From Fidelibacterota bacterium (GTDB lineage: Bacteria; Fidelibacterota; Marinisomatia; SCGC-AAA003-L08; JACNLC01), in NCBI GenBank assembly GCA_014381725.1, contig JACNLC010000044.1, forward strand, positions 3,033 to 67,032: a stretch of DNA of 64,000 bases, in the 5' to 3' direction. This document shows positions 1-12,473 of this stretch, piece by piece. The position numbers were made by a program, and so were the translations under genes. The notes under the pieces were generated by a model, which worked only from the letters and a program-made list of their open reading frames with translations, made no database searches and was not told where the DNA came from. Within the stretch, counting starts at the first letter, position 1; each line of letters opens with the position of its first letter.

Positions 1-2
1 AA

Positions 3-1478
3 AATGGATATTCAGAATCAAATCCTATAAATTTCAAATATTTTGATTATAGTAGCGGAAGTGTAATTGATGCAAATGTTGAGTTCATTGAATTTGAACA
101 TTGGGATATTTCAGGTTTATTTAACAATGAAGGTTTTTGGCAATGCTCTGCACCTGAATTTGTAAATCAGCAAATTTGTGAAGAACATAACCAGGACTGG
201 TTTTGGAGTCCAACTGAATGCGGTGTAAACTTGACTGCTGAAATTTCTGGAATAAGTCAAGATATTTACCTTACCTCTGGCTGGAACATAATGTCATTTT
301 ACAATGAACCAAGTGATATGAACTTACAGACTATAGTTCAGTCATTAATAGATGATGGGACATTACTAAAAGTACAAGATGAATCAGGATCAGCAATAGA
401 AGATTTAGGATTCCCCATAGGTTGGGTAAACAATATTGGAGATATGGAAGTAACAGAAGGTTATTACATTAAAGTAAATGATAATACTAACCTATCAACA
501 CTAGGTCAACCAATACTCCTTCCTTATGATATTTCACTTACAGCTGGATGGAACATAATGGGTTATCCTCTAACATCAGGACAAGATGCTTTATTAGCGG
601 TTCAATCGTTGATAGATGCAGGTACTCTACTAAAAGTACAAGATGAATCAGGATCAGCAATAGAAGATTTAGGATTTCCAATTGGCTGGGTAAATAATAT
701 TGGTAATTTTGAACCAGATGAAGGATATTATATCAAAGTATCAACAGATACAGGAATTACTTTGGATGAGGGTACAGTCCAATTATCAAGAGGAGAAAGC
801 TATCGAGATGATCCTCAACATTTCACCCCGGTATATGAAGGTAATCCATATTTAGCAATGAACTTGTATGCACTTAGTGGTATGATTAATGGAGCAAATC
901 TAACAGTTGGCGATGAGATTGGTATTTTTGATGGTGATTATTGTGTTGGAGTAGGAGTACTTGATGGTGAAATAGGAGATTATTTCGCAATGGTAGCAGC
1001 AACTGATGATCCAGGTACTGGAGAGATAGATGGATTTACAGCGGGTAATACAATTACATTCAAACTCTGGGATGCAAGTGAAGGAATAGAAGTTACAGAT
1101 GTAGTTGCAACTTACAATCTTGGTGATGGTACTTTCTCATCTCAAGGAACTGCTACTTTTGATTTAGAATACTCGCTTGAAAACAGTTATCAATATTCAA
1201 TTAACAATTTTCAATTGTTAAACGCTTATCCAAACCCATTTAATCCAACAACGGTTATTAGTTATAGTGTGCCTGTAAAGATAAACGGTCGTTTGTCTCT
1301 ACAAATTTACAACATTACTGGTCAACTTGTAGAAGAACTAGTAAGCGGTGGCGATATGCAGTATGCAGGTTATCACAAAGTGGTTTGGGATGCTACTGGA
1401 TATCCAAGTGGAATTTATTTTGCGAAGTTGATACTAGAAAACTATACTGAATCCAAAAAATTATTACTTATCAAATAA
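3..1478 (+). CDS. Secreted protein with T9SS-type C-terminal sorting domain (5' end cut by window edge)
   Basis: The frame of the 231 ORF is open back to nt 3 with no stop, so the TTG at 231 is probably not the true start. The C-terminus (NAYPNPFNPTTVISYSV...IYNITGQLVEEL...GIYFAKL) has the typical Por/T9SS C-terminal domain pattern. It contains an internal 88-89 aa duplication. Confidence 0.75.
   Translation, partial: NGYSESNPINFKYFDYSSGSVIDANVEFIEFEHWDISGLFNNEGFWQCSAPEFVNQQICEEHNQDWFWSPTECGVNLTAEISGISQDIYLTSGWNIMSFYNEPSDMNLQTIVQSLIDDGTLLKVQDESGSAIEDLGFPIGWVNNIGDMEVTEGYYIKVNDNTNLSTLGQPILLPYDISLTAGWNIMGYPLTSGQDALLAVQSLIDAGTLLKVQDESGSAIEDLGFPIGWVNNIGNFEPDEGYYIKVSTDTGITLDEGTVQLSRGESYRDDPQHFTPVYEGNPYLAMNLYALSGMINGANLTVGDEIGIFDGDYCVGVGVLDGEIGDYFAMVAATDDPGTGEIDGFTAGNTITFKLWDASEGIEVTDVVATYNLGDGTFSSQGTATFDLEYSLENSYQYSINNFQLLNAYPNPFNPTTVISYSVPVKINGRLSLQIYNITGQLVEELVSGGDMQYAGYHKVVWDATGYPSGIYFAKLILENYTESKKLLLIK
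261..761 (+). repeat. In-frame tandem duplication (about 264 nt, 88-89 aa) inside the T9SS protein gene
   Basis: LTSGWNIM...LLKVQDESGSAIEDLGFPIGWVNNIG...EGYYIKV occurs twice. A 49-nt stretch is identical at 364-412 and 628-676 (tactaaaagtacaagatgaatcaggatcagcaatagaagatttaggatt). Confidence 0.9.
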
Positions 1479-1496
1479 TCGAACTAAAGACTTAAC

Positions 1497-1531
1497 AAAG
1501 CAGTAGATTTACTCTCTTTTCTAACTGCTTT
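1497..1531 (+). terminator. Possible hairpin terminator after the T9SS protein gene
   Basis: 8-bp stem AAAGCAGT/ACTGCTTT with a 19-nt loop. There is no clean U-tract, so support is weak. Confidence 0.3.
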
Positions 1532-1579
1532 GTATCCTTAATATTCCGTAAACTATCCATTCTAAAAACGGAGTGAAAA

Positions 1580-3355
1580 TTGATTAAAAGAACACATAAT
1601 TGCGGCGAGTTGAGACAAAAAAACATCAACAACAATGTCTCACTTTGCGGGTGGATTGCTAAACGAAGAGATTTAGGTGGGTTAATCTTCATAGATCTAC
1701 GAGACCGTTATGGCAAAACTCAAGTTGTATTTAATGAGGATACTCATCCGGATATCTTCAAAACTGCAAAAAAATTAGGATTGGAAGATGTTATTGGAAT
1801 TACTGGTTTAGTAAATGCAAGGCCTAAAGAAGCAGTAAATCCCAAAATGTTAACTGGTGAAGTTGATATTTCTGTTACCGAGCTTGTAGTTTTTAACGAG
1901 TCTGATACCCCTCCATTCGATATTGGTAACAGAAATTCAGCAATGGAAGAACATCGCCTAACTTATCGTTACTTAGAGTTGAGAACAGACGAGTTACAAC
2001 GGAATATGATTCTTCGTCATAAAGCTGGACAAGCAACCCGAGAATTTTTGAATAAGCAAGATTTTATAGAAATTGAGACACCTATATTGATGAAATCTAC
2101 TCCCGAAGGAGCGCGGGATTTTCTTGTTCCAAGCAGAATTCATAAAGGGCGATTTTATGCACTTCCGCAATCTCCGCAGACATACAAACAATTATTGATG
2201 GTTGCCGGTTTTGATAAATATTTTCAGATTGTGAAATGTTTTAGGGATGAAGATTTTAGAGCCGATCGTCAGCCGGAATTTACACAAATTGATATCGAAA
2301 TGTCATTTATCGAGCAAAATGATATCATCAAAATTGGAACTGGCTTAACTCGATATGTTTTTGAATCTGTGTTAGATGTAAAACTTCCAGAGACATTTCC
2401 TTCATTTACATATCAAGAAGCTATGGAAAAATACGGAAGCGACAAACCCGACACTCGTTTTGGAATGGAATTACACGAATTTGCACAGTATGTTGAACAA
2501 TCGGATTTTAATGCGTTTAAATCAGTTTTAGAAATAGGAGGTCGAGTTAAAGCTGTGGTTTGTCCAAACGCTGACCATTTCAGCAGAAAAGTTATTGATG
2601 AGCTGACTGTTTGGATAAAAACTTATCACGGAGCCAAAGGTTTGGCGTGGATGAAATCGGTGAATGGTAGTCTAGATGGTGGAATTAGTAAATTTTTCCC
2701 AGATGAAGTAAAAAGTCAGATTATAAACGATTTAGATGTTAGCGAGAACGACATAATTTTCATTATCGGAGATACTCAGAAAGTTGTATTAAATTCTCTC
2801 GGTGCACTTCGATTAGAGTTAGCAAATCTCGAAAATCTAATTGACACAAATGCTTGGGCTCCGCTTTGGGTAGTTGATTTCCCCTTAGTAGAATGGAACG
2901 ATGACAAAAACCGTTGGGATGCTATGCATCATCCGTTTACATCTCCACACCTTGAGGATATCAAATTAATGGAAACGGATCCAGCAAATGTTCGTTCATT
3001 GGGTTATGATGTTGTAGTAAATGGCTATGAACTTGGCGGTGGTTCGATTCGTATTCACAGCAAAGATTTACAGAAAAAAGCGTTTGATTTACTTGGCGTT
3101 AGCGAATCAGAAGCACAGGAGAAATTTGGATTTTTGATGGATGCGTTCAAATATGGTGCTCCTCCTCATGGTGGAATGGCATTTGGTTTTGACAGATTAG
3201 TAATGTTGTTGGCTGGTTCATCTCAAATCAGAGATGTGATTGCATTTCCAAAAACAACATCAGCAATGTCATTAATGGACAACTCTCCATCATTTGTTGA
3301 CGATCAACAATTGTATGAACTTGGGTTAGAAATCAAGAAAATTGACAAGTCGTAA
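1580..3355 (+). CDS. aspS: Aspartate--tRNA ligase (class IIb, bacterial type)
   Basis: 591 aa. N-terminal OB fold (HNCGELR...VSLCGWIAKRRDLGGLIFIDLRDRYG). Class II motifs FRDED, GGGSIRIH and GMAFGFDRLVM. TTG start with GGAG 7 nt upstream. Confidence 0.95.
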   Translation: MIKRTHNCGELRQKNINNNVSLCGWIAKRRDLGGLIFIDLRDRYGKTQVVFNEDTHPDIFKTAKKLGLEDVIGITGLVNARPKEAVNPKMLTGEVDISVTELVVFNESDTPPFDIGNRNSAMEEHRLTYRYLELRTDELQRNMILRHKAGQATREFLNKQDFIEIETPILMKSTPEGARDFLVPSRIHKGRFYALPQSPQTYKQLLMVAGFDKYFQIVKCFRDEDFRADRQPEFTQIDIEMSFIEQNDIIKIGTGLTRYVFESVLDVKLPETFPSFTYQEAMEKYGSDKPDTRFGMELHEFAQYVEQSDFNAFKSVLEIGGRVKAVVCPNADHFSRKVIDELTVWIKTYHGAKGLAWMKSVNGSLDGGISKFFPDEVKSQIINDLDVSENDIIFIIGDTQKVVLNSLGALRLELANLENLIDTNAWAPLWVVDFPLVEWNDDKNRWDAMHHPFTSPHLEDIKLMETDPANVRSLGYDVVVNGYELGGGSIRIHSKDLQKKAFDLLGVSESEAQEKFGFLMDAFKYGAPPHGGMAFGFDRLVMLLAGSSQIRDVIAFPKTTSAMSLMDNSPSFVDDQQLYELGLEIKKIDKS

Positions 3356-3436
3356 GTGTTGGAAAAATCGGGTAAAATATCGTAAATTATCGAGCTAAAA
3401 TGGACTCAATTTTAATCACATAGTAAACTTTATATA

Positions 3437-3473
3437 GGGCCTTTGCTCAGACGAGGAAAGGCTCTTTTTATTT
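3437..3473 (+). terminator. Rho-independent terminator after aspS
   Basis: Hairpin GCCTTTgCTC-agac-GAGgAAAGGC (3439-3462) followed by TCTTTTTATTT. Confidence 0.6.
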
Positions 3474-3484
3474 AGAGGAGTTAT

Positions 3485-4435
3485 TTGAAAAAGAACATAA
3501 ATATCGGTGAAGTTGACCCCTTATCCTTTTTGGGGACAAACGACAGAAATCTAAAAATTTTAGAGAAACACTTTTCATCTAAAATTGTAGTCCGTGGAAA
3601 TGTTATGATTATTGATGGCTCAGAAGATGATTTATCAGCTATCGAAGATGTTGTAAAAGATATGCTGATTACTGTGAATCAAAAAGGATTTGTAGACGAG
3701 GATGATGTAAAAGCTCTATTAAATTTGAGTGAAAATAGGGTTTTAGAACATTCGCGAAATGGAGATGAAAATCCTGTAGTTTTATACACGCACAAAGGCG
3801 CGGTTTATGCGCGGACTCCAGGCCAAAGACGATATTTGGATGCAGTTCTGAACAACGACATTGTTTTTGCAATTGGACCGGCAGGAACTGGGAAAACTTA
3901 TCAAGCAGTAGCGAGTGCAGTATCTGCACTAAAAAATCGCGAAGTCGAACGAATTGTCATAACTAGACCTGCGGTGGAAGCGGGAGAACGATTAGGATTT
4001 CTCCCTGGCGATTTAAAAGAAAAAATTGACCCGTATTTAACACCAGTCTATGATGCATTAAAAAAAATGATACCATCTGATAAGTTAAAAGCATATTTTG
4101 AGAAACGAACCATTGAAGTTGCTCCATTGGCGTATATGCGAGGTAGAACTTTGCACAATTCTTTTATGATTTTGGACGAAGCTCAAAATGCTACACGAAT
4201 GCAAATGAAAATGTTTTTGACTCGACTTGGGGTTACATCACGAGCGATTGTTACCGGAGACATAACTCAAATTGACTTACCAAATAATGAAGTCTGCGGA
4301 CTAATGGATGCTGTTAATATTCTAAAATGCGTAAAGGGAATCGAATTTATTTATTTCCACGAAGAAGATGTAGTTCGTCATAAGTTAGTGAAAAATATTA
4401 TTAAAGCATATTCGGAAAATGGAAATAAAAATTGA
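3485..4435 (+). CDS. phoH: PhoH-family ATPase
   Basis: 316 aa. Walker A GPAGTGKTYQAV, DEAQN and TGDITQIDLP motifs typical of PhoH/YbeZ. TTG start preceded by GAGGAG. Confidence 0.9.
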   Translation: MKKNINIGEVDPLSFLGTNDRNLKILEKHFSSKIVVRGNVMIIDGSEDDLSAIEDVVKDMLITVNQKGFVDEDDVKALLNLSENRVLEHSRNGDENPVVLYTHKGAVYARTPGQRRYLDAVLNNDIVFAIGPAGTGKTYQAVASAVSALKNREVERIVITRPAVEAGERLGFLPGDLKEKIDPYLTPVYDALKKMIPSDKLKAYFEKRTIEVAPLAYMRGRTLHNSFMILDEAQNATRMQMKMFLTRLGVTSRAIVTGDITQIDLPNNEVCGLMDAVNILKCVKGIEFIYFHEEDVVRHKLVKNIIKAYSENGNKN

Positions 4436-4522
4436 AAGGATTGAGAGTATAGGGATAAGTGAAAAAATACTCCCTGCTCTCCGCTAAAAGCTAAAATAGC
4501 TAATATATTAGAAAGGATTAAA

Positions 4523-5704
4523 ATGTCAAAAGAAGTTGTAATTGTATCATTTGCAAGAACGCCTATAGGGTCGTTTCAAGGTGCGTTGAGTTCAGTATCA
4601 GCTCCAAAATTGGGAGCTGTTGCAATTAAAGAAGCAGTATCTCGAGCAGGGATAAATCCGAGTGATGTTGATGAAGTTATTATGGGAAATGTTCTTCCAG
4701 CTGGCGAAGGTCAAGCACCGGCACGGCAAGCATCCATTTATGCAGGACTTCCGCACACCGTAGAATGTATGACAATCAATAAAGTATGTGGCTCTGGACT
4801 CAAAGCTGTGATGCTAGCAGAACAGACAATTAAAGCAGGGGATGCAGATATTATAGTCGCTGGTGGAATGGAAAATATGAGTCAAGTGCCATACTATCTT
4901 CCAGATGCACGAACTGGAATGCGGATGGGAAATAAACAAGCAATTGACGGAATGGTTTTTGACGGACTTTGGGACCCTTACAATAATGTTCATATGGGTT
5001 CGTGTGCTGAAAATCTATCAAAAGAAGATAACTACACTCGCGAAGAACAAGATGAATTTGCGATTGAATCGTATAAGCGGTCATTAGCATCAATCGAAAA
5101 TGGTTTGTTTAAAGATGAAATCGTTCCAGTAGAAGTTCCTCAAAGACGAGGGGGCACAAGCATAGTGGACACAGACGAAGAACCGGGCAAAGGTCGGATT
5201 GACAAAATGAGTAAGCTTCGTCCAGCATTTGACAAAGAAGGAACAATAACTGCCGCAAATGCCAGTAGCATAAATGATGGAGCCGCCGTTGTGGTGGTGA
5301 TGTCAAAAGAAAAAGCAGATGCATTGGGATTAAAGCCAATTGCGAAAATTGTTGCACAGGCATCAGCCGCACAAGAACCGATTTACTTTACAACTGCTCC
5401 AGTGAAAGCGATGAAAAAAGCGATGAAAAAAGCAAATTTGGATGTTTCAGACATTGATTTGTTTGAAATTAACGAAGCATTTTCAAATGTTACATTGGCT
5501 GCTATGAGAGAATTCAACATTAATAGAGATAAAGTAAATGTGAATGGTGGTGCAGTGTCTCTAGGGCATCCAATTGGAGCGTCAGGGGCAAGGATATTTG
5601 TAACTCTACTCAATGCGATGAACCAACAAAATGCAAAAAGAGGTTTAGCAACACTTTGCATTGGCGGTGGAGAAGCCTCTGCAATTATTGTTGAAAGTTT
5701 ATAA
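4523..5704 (+). CDS. Acetyl-CoA C-acetyltransferase (thiolase II)
   Basis: 393 aa. Thiolase signatures NKVCGSGLKAV (active-site Cys), NVNGGAVSLGHPIGASG and CIGGGEA. Confidence 0.92.
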   Translation: MSKEVVIVSFARTPIGSFQGALSSVSAPKLGAVAIKEAVSRAGINPSDVDEVIMGNVLPAGEGQAPARQASIYAGLPHTVECMTINKVCGSGLKAVMLAEQTIKAGDADIIVAGGMENMSQVPYYLPDARTGMRMGNKQAIDGMVFDGLWDPYNNVHMGSCAENLSKEDNYTREEQDEFAIESYKRSLASIENGLFKDEIVPVEVPQRRGGTSIVDTDEEPGKGRIDKMSKLRPAFDKEGTITAANASSINDGAAVVVVMSKEKADALGLKPIAKIVAQASAAQEPIYFTTAPVKAMKKAMKKANLDVSDIDLFEINEAFSNVTLAAMREFNINRDKVNVNGGAVSLGHPIGASGARIFVTLLNAMNQQNAKRGLATLCIGGGEASAIIVESL

Positions 5705-5763
5705 AACAAGTTGTGAAAAGTTGTAAGGTGTAAGTTGAGAGATTTGACTAAAAAGGAAAAAAT

Positions 5764-6606
5764 ATGAAAAAAATTGGAATAATTGGAGCAGGAACTATGG
5801 GAAATGGAATTGCCCATATATGTGCGTTGAATGGTTTTGAAGTCTTGTTAATGGACATCAACAAAGAGTTTCTGAATAAGGGTTTGGCGACTATTAATAA
5901 GAATATGGAGCGACAGCTTGTTAAAGAGAAAATTTCCGCAGAACAAATGGAAACAGCTTTAGAGAATATCACGGGCATAACAGACCTTAACTTTTTAGAT
6001 GATGTCGATTTAGTTATTGAAGCTGCAACAGAGAATTTCGAAATCAAGAAGACTCTATTCAAACAATTGGATGAAATTTGTCGGGAAGATACTATTTTGG
6101 CCACTAACACTTCATCAATTTCAATAACTAAAGTTGGTGCTGTAACCAAACGACCGGAAAAAGTTATAGGAATGCATTTTATGAATCCTGTTCCAGTTAT
6201 GAAACTGGTGGAAATTATTCGCGGATATTTAACAGATGACGACACGACCCAAGCAGTAATGGAAATGTCAAAAACTCTTGGTAAAACACCAATCGAGTGC
6301 AACGATTATCCGGGATTTATTGCAAACAGAATTCTCATGCCAATGATTAACGAAGCGGTTTACTGTTTAATGGAAGGTGTTGCAACTGAAAATTCTATTG
6401 ATGAAATTATGAAGCTTGGGATGGCACATCCGATTGGTCCTCTAGCGTTAGCTGATTTAATCGGATTAGATGTCTGTTTAGCAATTATGGAAGTTTTGCA
6501 CAAAGAACTTGGTGATAGTAAATATCGTCCCTGCCCGTTGTTGAAAAAAATGGTTGATGCTGACGTGCTTGGCAGAAAAACAGGAAAAGGATTTTATAAT
6601 TATTAA
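5764..6606 (+). CDS. hbd: 3-hydroxybutyryl-CoA / 3-hydroxyacyl-CoA dehydrogenase (NAD-binding)
   Basis: 280 aa. Rossmann motif [14 protein letters not shown], plus [15 protein letters not shown] and GFIANRIL, typical of Hbd/FadB C-terminal-type enzymes. Confidence 0.9.
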   Translation: MKKIGIIGAGTMGNGIAHICALNGFEVLLMDINKEFLNKGLATINKNMERQLVKEKISAEQMETALENITGITDLNFLDDVDLVIEAATENFEIKKTLFKQLDEICREDTILATNTSSISITKVGAVTKRPEKVIGMHFMNPVPVMKLVEIIRGYLTDDDTTQAVMEMSKTLGKTPIECNDYPGFIANRILMPMINEAVYCLMEGVATENSIDEIMKLGMAHPIGPLALADLIGLDVCLAIMEVLHKELGDSKYRPCPLLKKMVDADVLGRKTGKGFYNY

Positions 6607-6652
6607 TTGTAATCGAGTAAAAACTTAAAACAACTAATCAAGGAAATAAATA

Positions 6653-7792
6653 ATGAATTTTAATTTAACAGAAGAACAATTGATGATTCAAACCACAGCT
6701 CGTGAATTTGCAAGAGACGTTCTTGCACCGGGAGTGGTCGAACGAGACGAAAAGAAAATTTGGCCCAAAGAAGGCATTAAACAAATGGCTGAACTTGGAT
6801 TTATGGGAATGATGGTTGATCCAAAATGGGATGGTGGTGGAATGGACGCTGTTTCCTACACAATTGCAATGGAAGAAATTTCCAGAGTTGATGCTTCTGC
6901 ATCGGTAGTAATGTCTGTAAATAATTCATTAGTTTGCTATCTTTTAGAGAAATTTGGTAGCGATTTCATAAAGGAAAAATATCTTAAGCCTTTGGCAAGA
7001 GGTGAAAAACTTGGTGCATTTTCGTTATCAGAACCACAATCGGGTTCCGATGCATCCAATATGAAAACAGTTGCAAAGAAAGAAGGCGATTACTATATTG
7101 TAAATGGGACTAAAAATTGGGTAACAAACGGAATTACATCCGATTATGTAATTTTAATGGCAATTACTACTACCGGAGTTGGACATAAAGGAATTTCTGC
7201 ATTCTTAGTTGAAAAAGGTTGGGATGGATTTTCTGAAGGTAAACCAGAAAATAAATTGGGAATCCGTGCGTCTGATACGACTGAGTTATATTTTGATAGT
7301 GTAAAAATTCCTGTAGAAAATCTGATTGGCGAGGAAGGAATGGGATTCAAAATTGCCTTAGCAACACTTGACGGTGGCAGAATCGGAATTGCAGCACAAG
7401 CACTAGGAATTGCACAAGCATCACTAGACGCTGCAGTGGAATATTCCAAAGAACGGGTTCAGTTTGGGAAACCGATTGGTGAAAATCAAGGAATTCAGTT
7501 TAAAATTGCAGATATGGCAACGGAGATAGAATGTTCACGATTATTGGTCAGACAAGCGGCATTTTTGAAAGATCAGCACAAGCCATTTGGTCATATGTCG
7601 GCAATGGCGAAAGTATATGCTTCAGAAACTGCTATGAAAGCATCTACAAATTGTGTTCAAATCCACGGTGGTTACGGTTATATCAGAGAAACCGGAGTTG
7701 AACGATTAATGCGCGATGCAAAAATCACTCAAATTTACGAAGGCACTTCAGAAATCCAACGAGTGGTTATTGCAAGAAATGCGTTAAGATAA
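6653..7792 (+). CDS. Short-chain acyl-CoA dehydrogenase (butyryl-CoA dehydrogenase-like)
   Basis: 379 aa. ACAD motifs GAFSLSEPQSGSDA, WVTNG, QIHGGYGY and YEGTSEIQRVVIAR. Confidence 0.9.
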   Translation: MNFNLTEEQLMIQTTAREFARDVLAPGVVERDEKKIWPKEGIKQMAELGFMGMMVDPKWDGGGMDAVSYTIAMEEISRVDASASVVMSVNNSLVCYLLEKFGSDFIKEKYLKPLARGEKLGAFSLSEPQSGSDASNMKTVAKKEGDYYIVNGTKNWVTNGITSDYVILMAITTTGVGHKGISAFLVEKGWDGFSEGKPENKLGIRASDTTELYFDSVKIPVENLIGEEGMGFKIALATLDGGRIGIAAQALGIAQASLDAAVEYSKERVQFGKPIGENQGIQFKIADMATEIECSRLLVRQAAFLKDQHKPFGHMSAMAKVYASETAMKASTNCVQIHGGYGYIRETGVERLMRDAKITQIYEGTSEIQRVVIARNALR

Positions 7793-7892
7793 AAGAGAAT
7801 ATGGATAAAAAGGAGGATGGAATCCTGACAGTTCTAAGAATTCAGAACTCCTTGCTCCCTACAACAAGCTATAAAACAAGAGAGGAATTACT

Positions 7893-8957
7893 ATGGAAAC
7901 TTTATTGGAGAACGATGTAATGATTGATGAAAATATATCACAAATTATGGATTGGGATAGTCTGACTTTCAGTATCTACCCAACAAAAAGTATGTTTATC
8001 GCAGAATGTGACGAAAATGGGGAATGGCGGACTGGGAATTTAGTCCCTTATGGAGATATTAAACTCTCGCCAGCGGCTGGAGTTCTAAATTACGGGCAAG
8101 GTGTTTTTGAAGGAGTGAAAGCATTTCGTTCCTCTAAGGACAGAATTGTATTTTTCCGACTTGAGAAAAATGCCGAACGATTTTATACTTCTTGTGAAAG
8201 AGTGTGTATCCCGCCTGTTCCTGTTGAGCTGTTTATGAAGGCAGTTGAAAATGTAGTAAAAGATAATTCGGATTATGTTCCACCAAACGGAAAAGGAAGT
8301 TTGTATATTCGTCCTGTTGCTTGGGGAACTGGACCTGTTTTGGGCGTAAAACCTGCACCATCTTATACATTTTTGGTTTATGTTTCTCCTGTAGGTCCAT
8401 ATTTCAAAAATGGTGTTAAGCCACTAAACTTAAAAGTAACAAATCGATATCATAGAGCCGCACCAAAAGGAATTGGAAATGCCAAAGCAATTGGAAATTA
8501 TTCAGCGTCACTTTATCCACGGAAATTAGCAATCAATGAAGGGTTCGATGAAGTCATTTATCTCAATGCGGCTGACGAAAATCTAGTAGAAGAAGTTGGT
8601 TCTGCTAATCTGTTTGCCCTAAAGGGCAATGTGTTAAAAACACCTCGACTTGCTGGTTCAATTCTCCCAGGGGTTACAAGAAATTCAGCTTTATTCCTTG
8701 CTAAGGAAGAGCTCGGTTTAGATGTTCAAGAAACTGATTTGACTTTGGATGAACTTCTGAATGCTGATGAAGCATTTTGCACAGGAACTGCAGTAGTGAT
8801 TTCTCCGATTGGCAGAATATCTACAGATGATGCTCCTTATGTAATTGGCGATGGCAATACAGGGAAAGTTACTTCGCAACTTCGCGAAATGATTTTGGGA
8901 ATACAATCAGAAACCACTAAAGACAAATTCGGTTGGATTAAACCTTTAAACTCTTAA
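7893..8957 (+). CDS. ilvE: Branched-chain amino acid aminotransferase (class IV PLP enzyme)
   Basis: 354 aa. BCAT-II-like motifs: LNYGQGVFEGVKAF, GSLYIRP, GIGNAKAIGNY (contains the likely PLP Lys) and PGVTRNS. Confidence 0.88.
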   Translation: METLLENDVMIDENISQIMDWDSLTFSIYPTKSMFIAECDENGEWRTGNLVPYGDIKLSPAAGVLNYGQGVFEGVKAFRSSKDRIVFFRLEKNAERFYTSCERVCIPPVPVELFMKAVENVVKDNSDYVPPNGKGSLYIRPVAWGTGPVLGVKPAPSYTFLVYVSPVGPYFKNGVKPLNLKVTNRYHRAAPKGIGNAKAIGNYSASLYPRKLAINEGFDEVIYLNAADENLVEEVGSANLFALKGNVLKTPRLAGSILPGVTRNSALFLAKEELGLDVQETDLTLDELLNADEAFCTGTAVVISPIGRISTDDAPYVIGDGNTGKVTSQLREMILGIQSETTKDKFGWIKPLNS

Positions 8958-8975
8958 CACAAGAAAAGGTAAACC

Positions 8976-9419
8976 TTGAATAAAAGAGATAAACGGCTGG
9001 CAAGAACCACCGCACTGCAAACGCTATATGCTTGTGAATTGTCTGGGAATGACCCTGGAATAATTTTAGACCATATTAAGGATGAACATTCAGGAGATGA
9101 AATCTCCATAAAGATTTTGGAATATAGCGGTCAGTTAGCAAGATTATCAATCAATCGAGCAGATATTTTTGATGAGATCATCAATAGTCGGTCTAAATTT
9201 TGGGGAGCGGACAGAATTGCTTTGATGGATAGGTTGATTATTAGATTGGCAATATCTGAAATGTTCTACATTGAAGATGTTCCGCCAGTAGTAACAATAA
9301 CCGAAGCGGTAGAAATTTCAAAAGATTTCAGCACTGAAAATAGTGGAAGATATATCAATGGAATTCTCGATTCAGTTTATAAAGATTTAATTCGAGGCAA
9401 AATTGAAATTCCAGAATAA
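8976..9419 (+). CDS. nusB: Transcription antitermination factor NusB
   Basis: 147 aa. N-terminal RLARTTALQTLYACE and C-terminal TEAVEISKDFS...RYINGILD are typical NusB. TTG start. Confidence 0.85.
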   Translation: MNKRDKRLARTTALQTLYACELSGNDPGIILDHIKDEHSGDEISIKILEYSGQLARLSINRADIFDEIINSRSKFWGADRIALMDRLIIRLAISEMFYIEDVPPVVTITEAVEISKDFSTENSGRYINGILDSVYKDLIRGKIEIPE

Positions 9420-9458
9420 AATTTTAGAAAAACCTGATAATACAGGACAAATTAAATT

Positions 9459-12469
<3,011 letters not shown>

Positions 12470-12473
<4 letters not shown>

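Noticed and set aside
1492-1692. 66-aa minus-strand ORF across the aspS start region
   Set aside because: It is antisense to the aspS 5' end and the upstream hairpin. It has no motifs, no SD and hydrophobic, low-complexity content.
5748-6302. 184-aa minus-strand ORF antisense to hbd. The same applies to 5383-5817, 15435-15866, 18959-19342, 22376-22756 and 61816-62445.
   Set aside because: Each lies fully inside, and antisense to, a CDS with clear family motifs. Their translations are low-complexity with no recognisable motifs, as expected for shadow ORFs in AT-rich DNA.
7801-7920. 39-codon ORF (MDKKEDGILTVLRIQNSLLPTTSYKTREELLWKLYWRTM) upstream of and overlapping the ilvE start, considered as a possible branched-chain leader peptide.
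   Set aside because: It has no run of Ile/Leu/Val codons and no terminator/antiterminator alternative structure. The only structure is a 6-bp hairpin (AGTTCT/AGAACT) without a U-tract. There is not enough evidence to call it.
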